Shown here: positions 19,224-28,023 of the stretch, piece by piece
How positions within the stretch are numbered: the first letter of the stretch is position 1
How the letters are laid out: every line of letters starts with the position of its first letter
Source of the DNA: an uncultured Gammaproteobacteria bacterium
GTDB lineage: Bacteria; Patescibacteriota; Patescibacteriia; Veblenbacterales; UBA10138
Assembly (NCBI GenBank): GCA_964453605.1
Contig: CAYVOI010000001.1
Coordinates: forward strand, 484,095-548,094
Direction of reading: 5' to 3'
Length of the DNA: 64,000 nt
Notes under the pieces: model-generated
Database searches by the model: none
Seen by the model: the letters and a program-made list of their open reading frames with translations, nothing else
Told to the model about the DNA's origin: nothing
Program-made: the position numbers and the translations under genes

Positions 19224-19301
19224 CTCCGGGTTGCTGGTTTACTACAGTTGACCTATACTAGCCGAAGCCTAGGGTGCCTTAGGCGTGCTTGTGCGCAGGG
19301 C

Positions 19302-19372
19302 TCGGGGATCGTCTAATGGTAGGACGCATGGCTCTGAACCATGTAATCTTGGTTCGAATCCAAGTCCCCGAG
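19302..19372 (+). tRNA. tRNA-Gln(CTG)
   Basis: TCGGGGATCGTCTAATGGTAGGACGCATGGCT-CTG-AACCATGTAATCTTGGTTCGAATCCAAGTCCCCGAG. Confidence 0.93.
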
Positions 19373-19444
19373 CTCTGTGCGGGAGACGCGGAACCATGGT
19401 TTTCCCCGTATGTATGGGCTAGCGTATAGTTTGGGGTTTGCCTG

Positions 19445-19490
19445 TCCGCCGTAGCGTATAGCGTAGGCGGAAATCCATGCCTCCCAGCCA
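19445..19490 (+). repeat. Palindrome fused to a tRNA-Gln-like 3' fragment
   Basis: tccgcc-gtagcgtatagcgta-ggcgga 19445-19471, then aatccatgcctcccagcca (compare tRNA-Gln TTG end aatccatctcccccagcc). Confidence 0.6.
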
Positions 19491-19565
19491 CGAAATTTGG
19501 TTATCGGACGACCCGAGTACCTCGGGTAGCCAAGTGTCGGTAGCCAGATCGAGTGGCAACCAATT

Positions 19566-19595
19566 ACAACACCCCGCCATATGGCGGGGTGTTGT
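19566..19595. repeat. Perfect 30-bp palindrome
   Basis: acaacaccccgccat|atggcggggtgttgt. Confidence 0.85.
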
Positions 19596-19786
19596 GCTAT
19601 TTACGTCAATACTAAGGTGTAATTCATCTAATTCATTCCGGGTAGTTGCGCGCCGAAATTTTGACAAATTTATCAATATATACTACTATATTGCAAAACT
19701 CAAGAATTGTACTTGTTAAGTGTTTTAACGAGTAGTTCTTGGAGAAAATGGTCTTTCACAAAAGAACAAGAAAGGAGGTGAATACC

Positions 19787-19975
19787 ATGTTCCGGCAGAC
19801 CCACGAAAAAGGCATCGTCAAGTTGTGCGGTACTCAGGGTTGTTGTCCCACCGTCGACTTCACGGATTCCCAGCAAGTCGTCCTGCGCGACGACTTCGGT
19901 GGACAGGTTCAACTCACGCGTGAGCAGTGGCAGGATCTGAAGGTCAAGTTCGCTTCGAAACCGGATCAGAAGTGA
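19787..19975 (+). CDS. 62-aa Cys-motif small protein (candidate radical SAM substrate or partner)
   Basis: SD aaggaggtg; MFRQTHEKGIVKLCGTQGCCPTVDFTDSQQVVLRDDFGGQVQLTREQWQDLKVKFASKPDQK. Confidence 0.8.
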   Translation: MFRQTHEKGIVKLCGTQGCCPTVDFTDSQQVVLRDDFGGQVQLTREQWQDLKVKFASKPDQK

Positions 19976-20014
19976 TCTGATTTCGGTCTCGTGCACGATA
20001 CCGAACCATAATTG

Positions 20015-20049
20015 CCCCTAGCCACAAATGGTAGCTAGGGGTATTTTTT
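20015..20049 (+). terminator. Terminator-like hairpin between the small-protein gene and the radical SAM gene
   Basis: cccctagc-cacaaatggta-gctagggg-tatttttt. Confidence 0.7.
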
Positions 20050-20078
20050 ACCAAAACAAAAACTAAGGAGGTGTCATC

Positions 20079-21410
20079 ATGTGGTCACAGTATCTTCGGA
20101 TACGAGAAAGGAATGGAATCGTGGCATTGTTCCACGAACTCCATCCCGACCCCGCCTACTGCTCCAAGGAACAGTGGACGAACCTGCGTAGTGGGATCAC
20201 TGATGGCGCTGAAATGCTTGTCAGTGATCTCAAAAAACGAAAACTGATAGTCGATTCTTCCGACGACGATAGTTGTGAGCTTGAGAGAATTACAGTTAAA
20301 CTTGAACGCAAGCTCAATCAACCGACAATTCTCTATCTCATGACGGCTCAGGGGTGTAATTTCGAATGTGGGTACTGTCCTGTGCCGGAAACCGCAAGGA
20401 GACACGGTGCTTCCTTGTTGTCTGTTGAAGATGCGATTGCTGGCATTGAGTTGTGGCAAAAGCATTTGAAGGACGTTTATGATCCAACCCTGCAATATTT
20501 CGTAATCTTCTACGGTGGCGAGCCTCTTCTGAATAAAGAGACGATCAAGGCTTCGCTTTCACGTTTGAAGGTGAAAAAAGAAGCAGGAGATCTGCCAGAA
20601 AATATCAGTTACATGATCGCCACAAATGGCGTTCTTATTGATGATGAAACCATTGTAATGTGCAAACAGTATCGCGTAATGGTAGCGGTAGGCCTGGACG
20701 GTCCAAGGGAGCTGAATGATGCTTTGAGGGTTGATAGTGATGGGAACGGTACTTTTGACCGCACTATCGCATCAATAAAGCGTCTTGTGGAAAATGGAAT
20801 CAGAACGTCCGTATCGGCGAGCATAACGCCATCTAATGTTGACCATATTTCTGAGTACTCGTCCTTCTTTAGGAATCTTGGGGTCGAGAAATTCGGTTTC
20901 AATTTTCTGAAGGGGCGTATGCTTATAAAGCTGGTTGGACATAACGGTGTTGAAGATTACTATCGAAGGGCTTCCCAAGGAGTAGCTGAAAATGCCCGAA
21001 GGCAGGATAGTCCTAGCTTTGAATACCAGATGGAGAAAAAGCAGTTAGCATTTGATAGTGGTGATTTTTACCCTGTTGACTGCACTTGCTATGGGAATCA
21101 ACTGGTAATCCAGCCTGACGGACAGGTGTCAAACTGTCCATTTTACAAATCATGGCTTGGACACATCAAGTGTGTAAGCGATGATTTTCGCATCTGGAAT
21201 CAGGAAATCGTGAAAGAGTGGAGAAAGAGGCTTCCTCTTTACCATCAGGGAGAGGCAAAAGCAATCAGTGGTGGTGGATGCGCCTGGAGTTCAACAGAGC
21301 TTAAGGGTGACTCATCTGCCGCCGACGACTCAAGTCAAATTTTTTCCGAGGAGATGTTAAATGAGCTCATCTGGTCTCGATATGCCCGGCTCTGCACTCA
21401 GAAAACCTAA
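20079..21410 (+). CDS. Radical SAM enzyme, anSME/SPASM-Twitch-like, with N-terminal extension
   Basis: CNFECGYC (CX3CX2C), FYGGEPLLN, IATNG, GLDGP, C-terminal CTCYGNQLVIQPDGQVSNCP..SGGGC; SD aaggaggtg. Confidence 0.9.
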   Translation: MWSQYLRIRERNGIVALFHELHPDPAYCSKEQWTNLRSGITDGAEMLVSDLKKRKLIVDSSDDDSCELERITVKLERKLNQPTILYLMTAQGCNFECGYCPVPETARRHGASLLSVEDAIAGIELWQKHLKDVYDPTLQYFVIFYGGEPLLNKETIKASLSRLKVKKEAGDLPENISYMIATNGVLIDDETIVMCKQYRVMVAVGLDGPRELNDALRVDSDGNGTFDRTIASIKRLVENGIRTSVSASITPSNVDHISEYSSFFRNLGVEKFGFNFLKGRMLIKLVGHNGVEDYYRRASQGVAENARRQDSPSFEYQMEKKQLAFDSGDFYPVDCTCYGNQLVIQPDGQVSNCPFYKSWLGHIKCVSDDFRIWNQEIVKEWRKRLPLYHQGEAKAISGGGCAWSSTELKGDSSAADDSSQIFSEEMLNELIWSRYARLCTQKT

Positions 21411-22215
21411 GCTTGGGATCATCGGTGGCTCCGGGATATGTTCATTCTGCGAGCTGAAGGTAATCTCCACAGCTAGGCCTGAAACAAAGTACGGTTTTCC
21501 GTCAGATGATGTTTTGATCTGTGAATATGAAGGTCAGCTTGTAGCTTTCCTTCCACGGCATGGGTCTAAACACAACATTGTACCGCACAAGGTGCCTTAC
21601 AAGGCAAATCTTGCCGCACTTAAGGGTCTTGGTGTCGAATATGTGGTCGGAACATGCATTGTTGGGAGTTTGAAAAAAGAAATTGTTCCCGGTAGTGTGG
21701 TTCTGCCCGATCAGTTCGTGAACTTAACCTGGGGTCGTGACGATTACACAGAAGCAGATGGTGGTTCATTCATTCATCTGCCTATGGGGGAGCCATACTG
21801 CGGTCATCTTCGAGCGAAAATATTCGAAGTTGCGAGTGGTATCTCCTTACCGATTGTTAAACAAGGCACAGTGGCTGTAATTCAAGGTCCACGATTCTCA
21901 ACTGCGGCAGAGAGCCGGTGGCTTTCCGGCAACGGATGGGGCATCGTTAACATGACCCAATATCCTGAGTGCTACTTAGCCCGAGAACTGGGCCTCTGTT
22001 ACGCGGCGATAGCTTCGGTGACCGACTACGATGTTGGCCTTCAGGAAAGTCTAGTTATTGATCCGAGACGAATGGGTAAAGTTCTTGAGGTTTTTAAGGA
22101 TAACATTCGCACGGTCAAGATTCTACTGCAGGCTTTTATCAAGAAATCTGTATCCGGACTGTCGTGTAAGTGTGCCTCCACAGTGCTGAAAGCATACTAT
22201 GAGGAATCCTTGTGA
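21361..22215 (+). CDS. mtnP: 5'-methylthioadenosine phosphorylase (MTAP/PNP family 2)
   Basis: GIIGGSG, FLPRHG..H, YKANLAALK, PDQFVN, QGPRFSTAAES, VNMTQYPE..LARE, VTDYD; overlaps the radical SAM 3' end. Confidence 0.88.
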   Translation: MSSSGLDMPGSALRKPKLGIIGGSGICSFCELKVISTARPETKYGFPSDDVLICEYEGQLVAFLPRHGSKHNIVPHKVPYKANLAALKGLGVEYVVGTCIVGSLKKEIVPGSVVLPDQFVNLTWGRDDYTEADGGSFIHLPMGEPYCGHLRAKIFEVASGISLPIVKQGTVAVIQGPRFSTAAESRWLSGNGWGIVNMTQYPECYLARELGLCYAAIASVTDYDVGLQESLVIDPRRMGKVLEVFKDNIRTVKILLQAFIKKSVSGLSCKCASTVLKAYYEESL

Positions 22216-22223
22216 CAAACAAT

Positions 22224-22261
22224 TCCCCGCCTGAGAACATTGTTCTCTGGTGGGGATTTTT
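22224..22261 (+). terminator. Intrinsic terminator after MTAP
   Basis: tccccgcc-tgagaacattgttctct-ggtgggga followed by a T tract. Confidence 0.7.
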
Positions 22262-22361
22262 ATTGGCACTTGATATGTTTTATTATTTGTGGTATTTTAT
22301 CCGGGCACAAAGCACCTTAACAGTGGTATAATCAACTCACCAAAGTAAAGGAGAATGAGGC

Positions 22362-24035
22362 ATGATAAAAGCACAAAAACTTCGGAAAAGCTACGGCTCA
22401 CTAACCGTGCTTTCTGACGTCTCCTTCTCCCTCGGGCGAGGACAGAAGGTGGCGTTGGTTGGTCACAATGGTACAGGGAAAACGACCCTATTAAAAATCG
22501 TGGCTGGTCTTGAGACTAAAGATGCTGGCAAGATTGAGATGCCAACTGACACTTGCATTGGCTATCTTCCTCAAGACACCAGCTTGTCCGAGGATAAATC
22601 TATAATGGGTTATCTCCAGGATGAGTCTGGGATCAGTGCTCTTGAAAGAGAGCTAGAGGGCCTATCTGTAGACTTGAATGATCCAGTCAAAGCCAGACGC
22701 TATGGAGAAGTTTACAGTAGGTATGAGCATCTTGGCGGCTATACTTTTGTTCATCGAGCAACGATAATGCTGGCAGGATTCGGACTCGACAGTATCGGGC
22801 TCGATCGGTCACTGTCTAATCTAAGCAGTGGCCAAAAAAGCAAGGTTGTCTTGGCTGGTATTCTGTTAAAAGGAGTTGATCTTCTTTTACTGGATGAGCC
22901 GACCAACAATCTTGATCTTCCAGCTCTCATCTGGCTGGAGGACTTTCTAAGGAAATCAGATGCGTCATGTATTGTGGTTTCTCATGATCGAAGATTTTTG
23001 GATCGAGTCGTGAAGAAAATCTTCGAACTTGATTGGTATTCGCACTCGCTAACCATAACCGGAGGCACTTATACTGATTATCTGAAAATGATGGCAGGGC
23101 GCATTGCTAGTCAAAAAGAGAAATACAGACTCCAACAGGAAGAAATCAGTCGCCTAAATGAACGAGCTCGTGAGAGAAAGGCAGATGCTGTAAGTGGTTC
23201 TCGATGGGCTGGAAGCGATAACGATAAGTTCCTGAGAGGGTTTAAACGAGATCAAGCCGCTAAATCCTCAAAGGCTGCCAAAGCTATCGAGAAGCGCATC
23301 GAACAAATGGACAAGGTGGAAAAGCCAATGGAAAGAAAACCATTTGAGATACCCCTCGATGCCCGAGTTGATTCGGGGGCTCTCAATGTAAGGGTCACTG
23401 ATGTCACCGTAGGCTATCTGGAATTTATTGTGGGTCCTCTTTCTTTCGAGATTCGTTATGGCAACAGGGTTGGCATACTGGGCTTGAACGGCACAGGAAA
23501 GTCAACCTTACTCAAAACCATTACCGGGGAGATGAGGCCAGTAAGCGGGTTTGTCGAAATCGGTTCAGGCATCAGAATCGGAAATATGATGCAGGAGCAT
23601 GAGACACTTCCCCGCGAACAGACTCCTCTCGAATTTCTCTCGGAACGATCGGGCTTAAGTCACCAAGACTCCTACTCGAAGCTTTCAAAGTTCGGGTTTA
23701 ACGAGAGACAGGTCGGGTTGCCGATAAATACCCTCAGCCCTGGTGGTCGTGCACGTCTTCTCCTTGCACTTTTCTCGGCTCAATCAGTCAATATGCTCGT
23801 GCTCGATGAGCCTACGAACCATCTTGATATTGAGGCTTCGGAAGCTCTTGAGGAGACATTGCTAAGCTATCGAGGGACAGTGCTTCTCGTCTCGCACGAC
23901 AGATATTTCCTCGAAAAAGCGTCTCTCGATGCCACTTACGTGTTGTCTGATGGGGTGCTTACTAGAATCCCTGATTACAAGACGTATGTCGAAACTGCGG
24001 AGGAAAAGGCAAGAAAGCTGCTTAATCTTCTGTAG
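22362..24035 (+). CDS. ABC-F family ATPase (two NBDs, no TM)
   Basis: GHNGTGKTT/LSSGQ/LLLLDEPTNNLD and GLNGTGKST/LSPGG/LVLDEPTNHLD; VSHDR twice. Confidence 0.92.
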   Translation: MIKAQKLRKSYGSLTVLSDVSFSLGRGQKVALVGHNGTGKTTLLKIVAGLETKDAGKIEMPTDTCIGYLPQDTSLSEDKSIMGYLQDESGISALERELEGLSVDLNDPVKARRYGEVYSRYEHLGGYTFVHRATIMLAGFGLDSIGLDRSLSNLSSGQKSKVVLAGILLKGVDLLLLDEPTNNLDLPALIWLEDFLRKSDASCIVVSHDRRFLDRVVKKIFELDWYSHSLTITGGTYTDYLKMMAGRIASQKEKYRLQQEEISRLNERARERKADAVSGSRWAGSDNDKFLRGFKRDQAAKSSKAAKAIEKRIEQMDKVEKPMERKPFEIPLDARVDSGALNVRVTDVTVGYLEFIVGPLSFEIRYGNRVGILGLNGTGKSTLLKTITGEMRPVSGFVEIGSGIRIGNMMQEHETLPREQTPLEFLSERSGLSHQDSYSKLSKFGFNERQVGLPINTLSPGGRARLLLALFSAQSVNMLVLDEPTNHLDIEASEALEETLLSYRGTVLLVSHDRYFLEKASLDATYVLSDGVLTRIPDYKTYVETAEEKARKLLNLL

Positions 24036-24039
24036 ACAC

Positions 24040-24075
24040 GGGGCCTGGCAAGCAGAAACTTGCTAGGCCCCCTTT
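24040..24075 (+). terminator. Hairpin terminator after ABC-F
   Basis: ggggcctggcaag-cagaaa-cttgctaggcccc-cttt. Confidence 0.6.
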
Positions 24076-24091
24076 AATACATGCAGATTTT

Positions 24092-24757
24092 ATGATTAGA
24101 TCAGAACGTATAGCCAAAAAAATAAACGAACACATAAAGGTGTGGTCAAAAGATCATGCTAAATTGATCGTGGCTATTGACGGCTATGCTGGATCAGGGA
24201 AAACCACCGTTGCTGATTTTATTGCTAAACAAAATTTAGATGTGCTGGGGGTGCATTTGGATGACTTCATAAATCATTGGAAAGATCGGAAACGAATGAT
24301 AGAAACAGCGAAAGACAAATCCAAAGTATTTGAATACAACTGGTATAGATATGGGGACTTAGAAAAATTAGTCAAAGATTTTAAAGCTGGCAAAAAATCA
24401 ATAAAATTCAAAATTTACAACTACGACAAAAATAACCTCGGTCCTCAAAGGTTATTTGATCTTTCAAAAAAGATTCTGGTCATAGATGGTATTTTTCTTT
24501 TTCATCCGGCTCATAAATTAAATATGAATTGGGATAAGACAGTATATCTTGATGTCGATTTTGCCAAAGCGGACAAAAAAAGAGTTGCCCGGGAAAGAGA
24601 AAAATGGGGCAAGGAATATATATCAGAAAACCATCCTGACAATTGGACAAGATACTACAAGGAGGCATATCGCAGGTACGTAAAGGAGTATAAACCTCAA
24701 GAGGGCCGAGACCTTGTTTTTAAGAACGGTAGGCTGTTAGCTCGACAGAAAATCTAG
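24092..24757 (+). CDS. Uridine kinase-like P-loop nucleoside/nucleotide kinase
   Basis: IVAIDGYAGSGKTT, VHLDDF, ILVIDGIFL; AT-rich. Confidence 0.75.
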   Translation: MIRSERIAKKINEHIKVWSKDHAKLIVAIDGYAGSGKTTVADFIAKQNLDVLGVHLDDFINHWKDRKRMIETAKDKSKVFEYNWYRYGDLEKLVKDFKAGKKSIKFKIYNYDKNNLGPQRLFDLSKKILVIDGIFLFHPAHKLNMNWDKTVYLDVDFAKADKKRVAREREKWGKEYISENHPDNWTRYYKEAYRRYVKEYKPQEGRDLVFKNGRLLARQKI

Positions 24758-25094
24758 CCCCCTAGGGAAAAATGGTGTGACATTTCTAACATTTTTGTTT
24801 AGAGCAAAAAACTGTCTATCTGACAAACGAGACGCATCCCATTAGTACGCTAGAGTGTCCCGTTTGTCACATTTGTACCGCGACCATCTTACCTAAATTA
24901 ACCCTCCGAACCGACTCTTGAAAAAGCCCTCAACACACTGTAAACTTTGGGTACTGAATCTGAGTGCACAGCAGTACGCAGAATCTTAATTCTTAAATAG
25001 AGAATATGGCGGGGTGAAGTAGGACGTCTGCCGGGGCCGATAATCTTGGTTCAAATCCAAGTCCCCAAACTCTGTGCACAACCACGAATGCCTG

Positions 25095-25117
25095 AATCGC
25101 CCAAGGGGCGATTTTTT
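25095..25117 (+). terminator. Terminator downstream of the right-hand tRNA 3' repeat
   Basis: aatcgccc-aag-gggcgatt followed by a T tract. Confidence 0.7.
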
Positions 25118-25131
25118 GTTATGCTTTCACC

Positions 25132-25785
25132 ATGGGATTGTTTAGGCGTCATAGCAGGGGAGCGGGACTCACCACCGATAGAATAGAAGCCTTTAGCGAC
25201 GGCGTGTTCTCGATTGCCATTACCTTGCTGGTCCTAAGTGTAGCTGTACCGCAGCTTACACCAACTGAGCTGGCCCACGGTGACCTCTGGCCAAAACTCC
25301 TCAGCTACCTTATCAGCTTTGTGCTCATCGGACTGTTTTGGTACGGGCACCACATTATGTTCCACTTTATTAAACGCTCAGACCGTAACTTGGTACTCAT
25401 CAACTTGTTCTTCCTCATGCTGATAGCGTTTTTTCCCTTTCCAGCGGCACTCCTGGGGGAGTATGGGGCAGATACCGTGGCCAGCGTAATCTACGGGGCA
25501 ACACTGGTGGTGATGGGTCTCGCGTTCGCACTTATCTGGCAGTACGCTTCGCAGAACCGTCGACTAGTTGAAGCCAACCTACCTGACCGCATTATTACAT
25601 TGGGTAGACGTGTAGTTCTCACGGCACCACTTTTATACTTGGTAGCAGTAGTACTGGCGCTTATAAGCCCACGTTTTAGCCTGTGGGTGTATATAGTTGT
25701 GCCTGTGCTCTACCTGGTGCCGAGCCCCATCGACGAGCTGGTGGCCTACCACAGCCGCACCCCAGCAGTGGGCCAGGAGCTATGA
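25132..25785 (+). CDS. TMEM175 family (DUF1211) potassium channel-like protein
   Basis: DRIEAFSDGVFSIAITLL signature, WYGHH, multiple TMs. Confidence 0.88.
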   Translation: MGLFRRHSRGAGLTTDRIEAFSDGVFSIAITLLVLSVAVPQLTPTELAHGDLWPKLLSYLISFVLIGLFWYGHHIMFHFIKRSDRNLVLINLFFLMLIAFFPFPAALLGEYGADTVASVIYGATLVVMGLAFALIWQYASQNRRLVEANLPDRIITLGRRVVLTAPLLYLVAVVLALISPRFSLWVYIVVPVLYLVPSPIDELVAYHSRTPAVGQEL

Positions 25786-27047
25786 AGCGGTTCCTCAGGC
25801 GGTTAAGGGGTAGCCTAGGCCCGGGCTTTATCACCGGTGCCTCAGACGACGACCCCTCGGGCATAGCCACCTACGCCCAAACCGGGGCACAGTTTGGCTA
25901 CCAGCAGTTGTGGACTGCCTTTTTAGTTACTCCCTTTATGGCCGCCATTCAAGAAATGTGCGGCCGCATTGGTTTGGTAACGGGCAAGGGGTTAGCTGGT
26001 GTAATGCGCACCCACTACCACAAGAGCCTGCTCTATGGCGCCGTGGCGCTTCTGCTGGTTGCTAACACGGTGAACATTGGGGCCGACCTTTCGGCCATGG
26101 CGGCTTCTGTTCAGCTGTTGGTTGGCGGCTCGCGGTTCGTGTGGCTGGTGCTTATCGCGGTGGTGATTTTGCTGCTGGAGATATTTATTGTGTACCACGT
26201 CTACGCCAAGTACTTAAAGTACTTGGCCCTTAGCTTGCTGGCCTACGTGGTGACCGCCTTGGTGGTGCGCCAGAATTGGGGTGCAATTTTTACCGCGACA
26301 GTTTGGCCGCACGTTGAACTGTCGGGTGCCTTTCTCTTGAACCTGGTGGCTATACTGGGTACCACTATTTCGCCCTACCTGTTTTTTTGGCAGGCCGATG
26401 AAGAGGTGGAAGAAGAAGTGCTGGAACATAAGCTACGCACCATGGGGCAGGGTGTGCCGCGGGTAACGCCGGCTGACGTTCGCCACGAGGGGTGGGACAC
26501 GGCCATTGGCATGGTGCTGTCGAACCTCATTATGTTCTTTATCATTGTAACGGCGGCCAGCACTATTTTTACCGCCCAAGGCCCCACCGTAATCGGCAGC
26601 GCCACCCAAGCTGCCGCCATGCTGCGGCCAGTGGCAGGGAACTTAGCCTACGTGCTGTTCGTCCTCGGCATTTTAGGCACCGGGTTTTTGGCGGTACCGA
26701 TATTTGCGGCCTCAGCTTCGTACGCGGTCGCCGAGGTGGCGGGCTGGCGCGAGGGCTTGTACCGCAAATTTCGGCAAGCGCGTGGCTTTTACGGCATTAT
26801 GGCCATTTCCACATTGCTCGGGGTGCTGGTTAATTTTACCCCGCTCACGCCGTTCCAAATGCTGTACTACGCGGCGGTGCTCAATGGCCTGCTGGCGCCG
26901 CCGCTAATGGTGCTCATTTTGTTGATTGCTAATCGCAGGGACATCATGGGCCGCTATGTGAATACACATGCTTCGAATGTACTTGGTTGGACAATAACGG
27001 CGGTGATGGCAGTGTGCGCTGTGGCGTTACTTTGGTATTTAGTTTAG
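25782..27047 (+). CDS. NRAMP-family divalent metal transporter
   Basis: LGPGFITGASDDDPSGIATYAQTGA, GTTISPYLFFWQ; ATG overlaps the previous stop. Confidence 0.9.
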   Translation: MKRFLRRLRGSLGPGFITGASDDDPSGIATYAQTGAQFGYQQLWTAFLVTPFMAAIQEMCGRIGLVTGKGLAGVMRTHYHKSLLYGAVALLLVANTVNIGADLSAMAASVQLLVGGSRFVWLVLIAVVILLLEIFIVYHVYAKYLKYLALSLLAYVVTALVVRQNWGAIFTATVWPHVELSGAFLLNLVAILGTTISPYLFFWQADEEVEEEVLEHKLRTMGQGVPRVTPADVRHEGWDTAIGMVLSNLIMFFIIVTAASTIFTAQGPTVIGSATQAAAMLRPVAGNLAYVLFVLGILGTGFLAVPIFAASASYAVAEVAGWREGLYRKFRQARGFYGIMAISTLLGVLVNFTPLTPFQMLYYAAVLNGLLAPPLMVLILLIANRRDIMGRYVNTHASNVLGWTITAVMAVCAVALLWYLV

Positions 27048-27150
27048 CTGGGGTGCTTGACGCGGCATGAGCTTTATGCTAAGGTAGCTAGAAAATAAAT
27101 TAGCAACAAACTAATTCACCTTCACATCAAAATAATATAAGGAGAACGTC

Positions 27151-27903
27151 ATGAACAAAACGCTCAGAGCGTTTGTGGTAGCATGCTGTGGTATTCTGGT
27201 CGGCAGCCTAACTGCCGCCCGCATCGACGGGTACTTTTGGTGGCTCGGCGCCCTGCTCGGCGGAGCAGTTTTCTACTTTGTGTATGAGTGGAACGATGTG
27301 GTGGCTGGTGCCAAAACAGCCTGGCGCTACGTAGAAGCTTGGCCGTCTGATCGGGAATGGCATCGATACTTCTGGCAAAATGCTCTGTACGATACTGTTT
27401 CGGCAACCACATTATCGGGAGTATGGGCCGCCATATTGAGGTTAAGTCAACTAGACATATGGTCTAATCTGTTAACTTGGATAGCAATGTTAATAGTCAT
27501 GGGCCTTTTCCAGGCAGTAATGGATATGCCCCCGCGTGAGAACTGGGCCGAATGCCTGGCAGAAAATAGAGCTCGTGCCATTCGGTATAATCTACTCACC
27601 CTATTGTTCTACCACCCCTGGCGCTGGTTGTGGCAGGGAGTGGTGTGGGTGGCACCCCGCGTTATGCCAGCACTCAAAACTGGCATGGCCTTCATCGTAG
27701 CTTGGGTGAAAATCATCCATTCCTACAGGCGCCTCATCGGTACCCTTGATGTTACCGCCTTCTCAGTCATAGCGTACCTTACCCACGCTTCGGTAATCAG
27801 TATACTGCTGTGGGCGGTTGGCGGTGGACTGTTTGTGGTGTTCCACATTAAGGTCATCGCCAGACGGTGGTTAAACGTGGTGCCCGTAAACGGCACTGCC
27901 TGA
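27151..27903 (+). CDS. Hypothetical Trp-rich membrane protein
   Basis: Several hydrophobic segments; SD aaggag; upstream TTGACG-N17-TAAGGT; downstream hairpin 27929-27958. Confidence 0.65.
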   Translation: MNKTLRAFVVACCGILVGSLTAARIDGYFWWLGALLGGAVFYFVYEWNDVVAGAKTAWRYVEAWPSDREWHRYFWQNALYDTVSATTLSGVWAAILRLSQLDIWSNLLTWIAMLIVMGLFQAVMDMPPRENWAECLAENRARAIRYNLLTLLFYHPWRWLWQGVVWVAPRVMPALKTGMAFIVAWVKIIHSYRRLIGTLDVTAFSVIAYLTHASVISILLWAVGGGLFVVFHIKVIARRWLNVVPVNGTA

Positions 27904-28023
27904 AAAGATTCATTGCTCGTTCTGTTATAGCCTCGCTGTATTTTTCGGCGGGGCTTTTGTTATACTTGTCGCCACAGTGTACTGTTGTAGTGCTAGCTAC
28001 CGCGTGTGCTATACTTAATATCC

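Larger units (their letters stand above)
19344..25077. mobile_element. Genomic islet at the tRNA-Gln(CTG) 3' end; no integrase encoded
   Basis: Direct repeat taatcttggttcgaatccaagtccccgagctctgtgc 19344-19380 vs taatcttggttcaaatccaagtccccaaactctgtgc 25041-25077 (3 mismatches in 37); interior visibly more AT-rich, with strong SD motifs. Confidence 0.8.
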
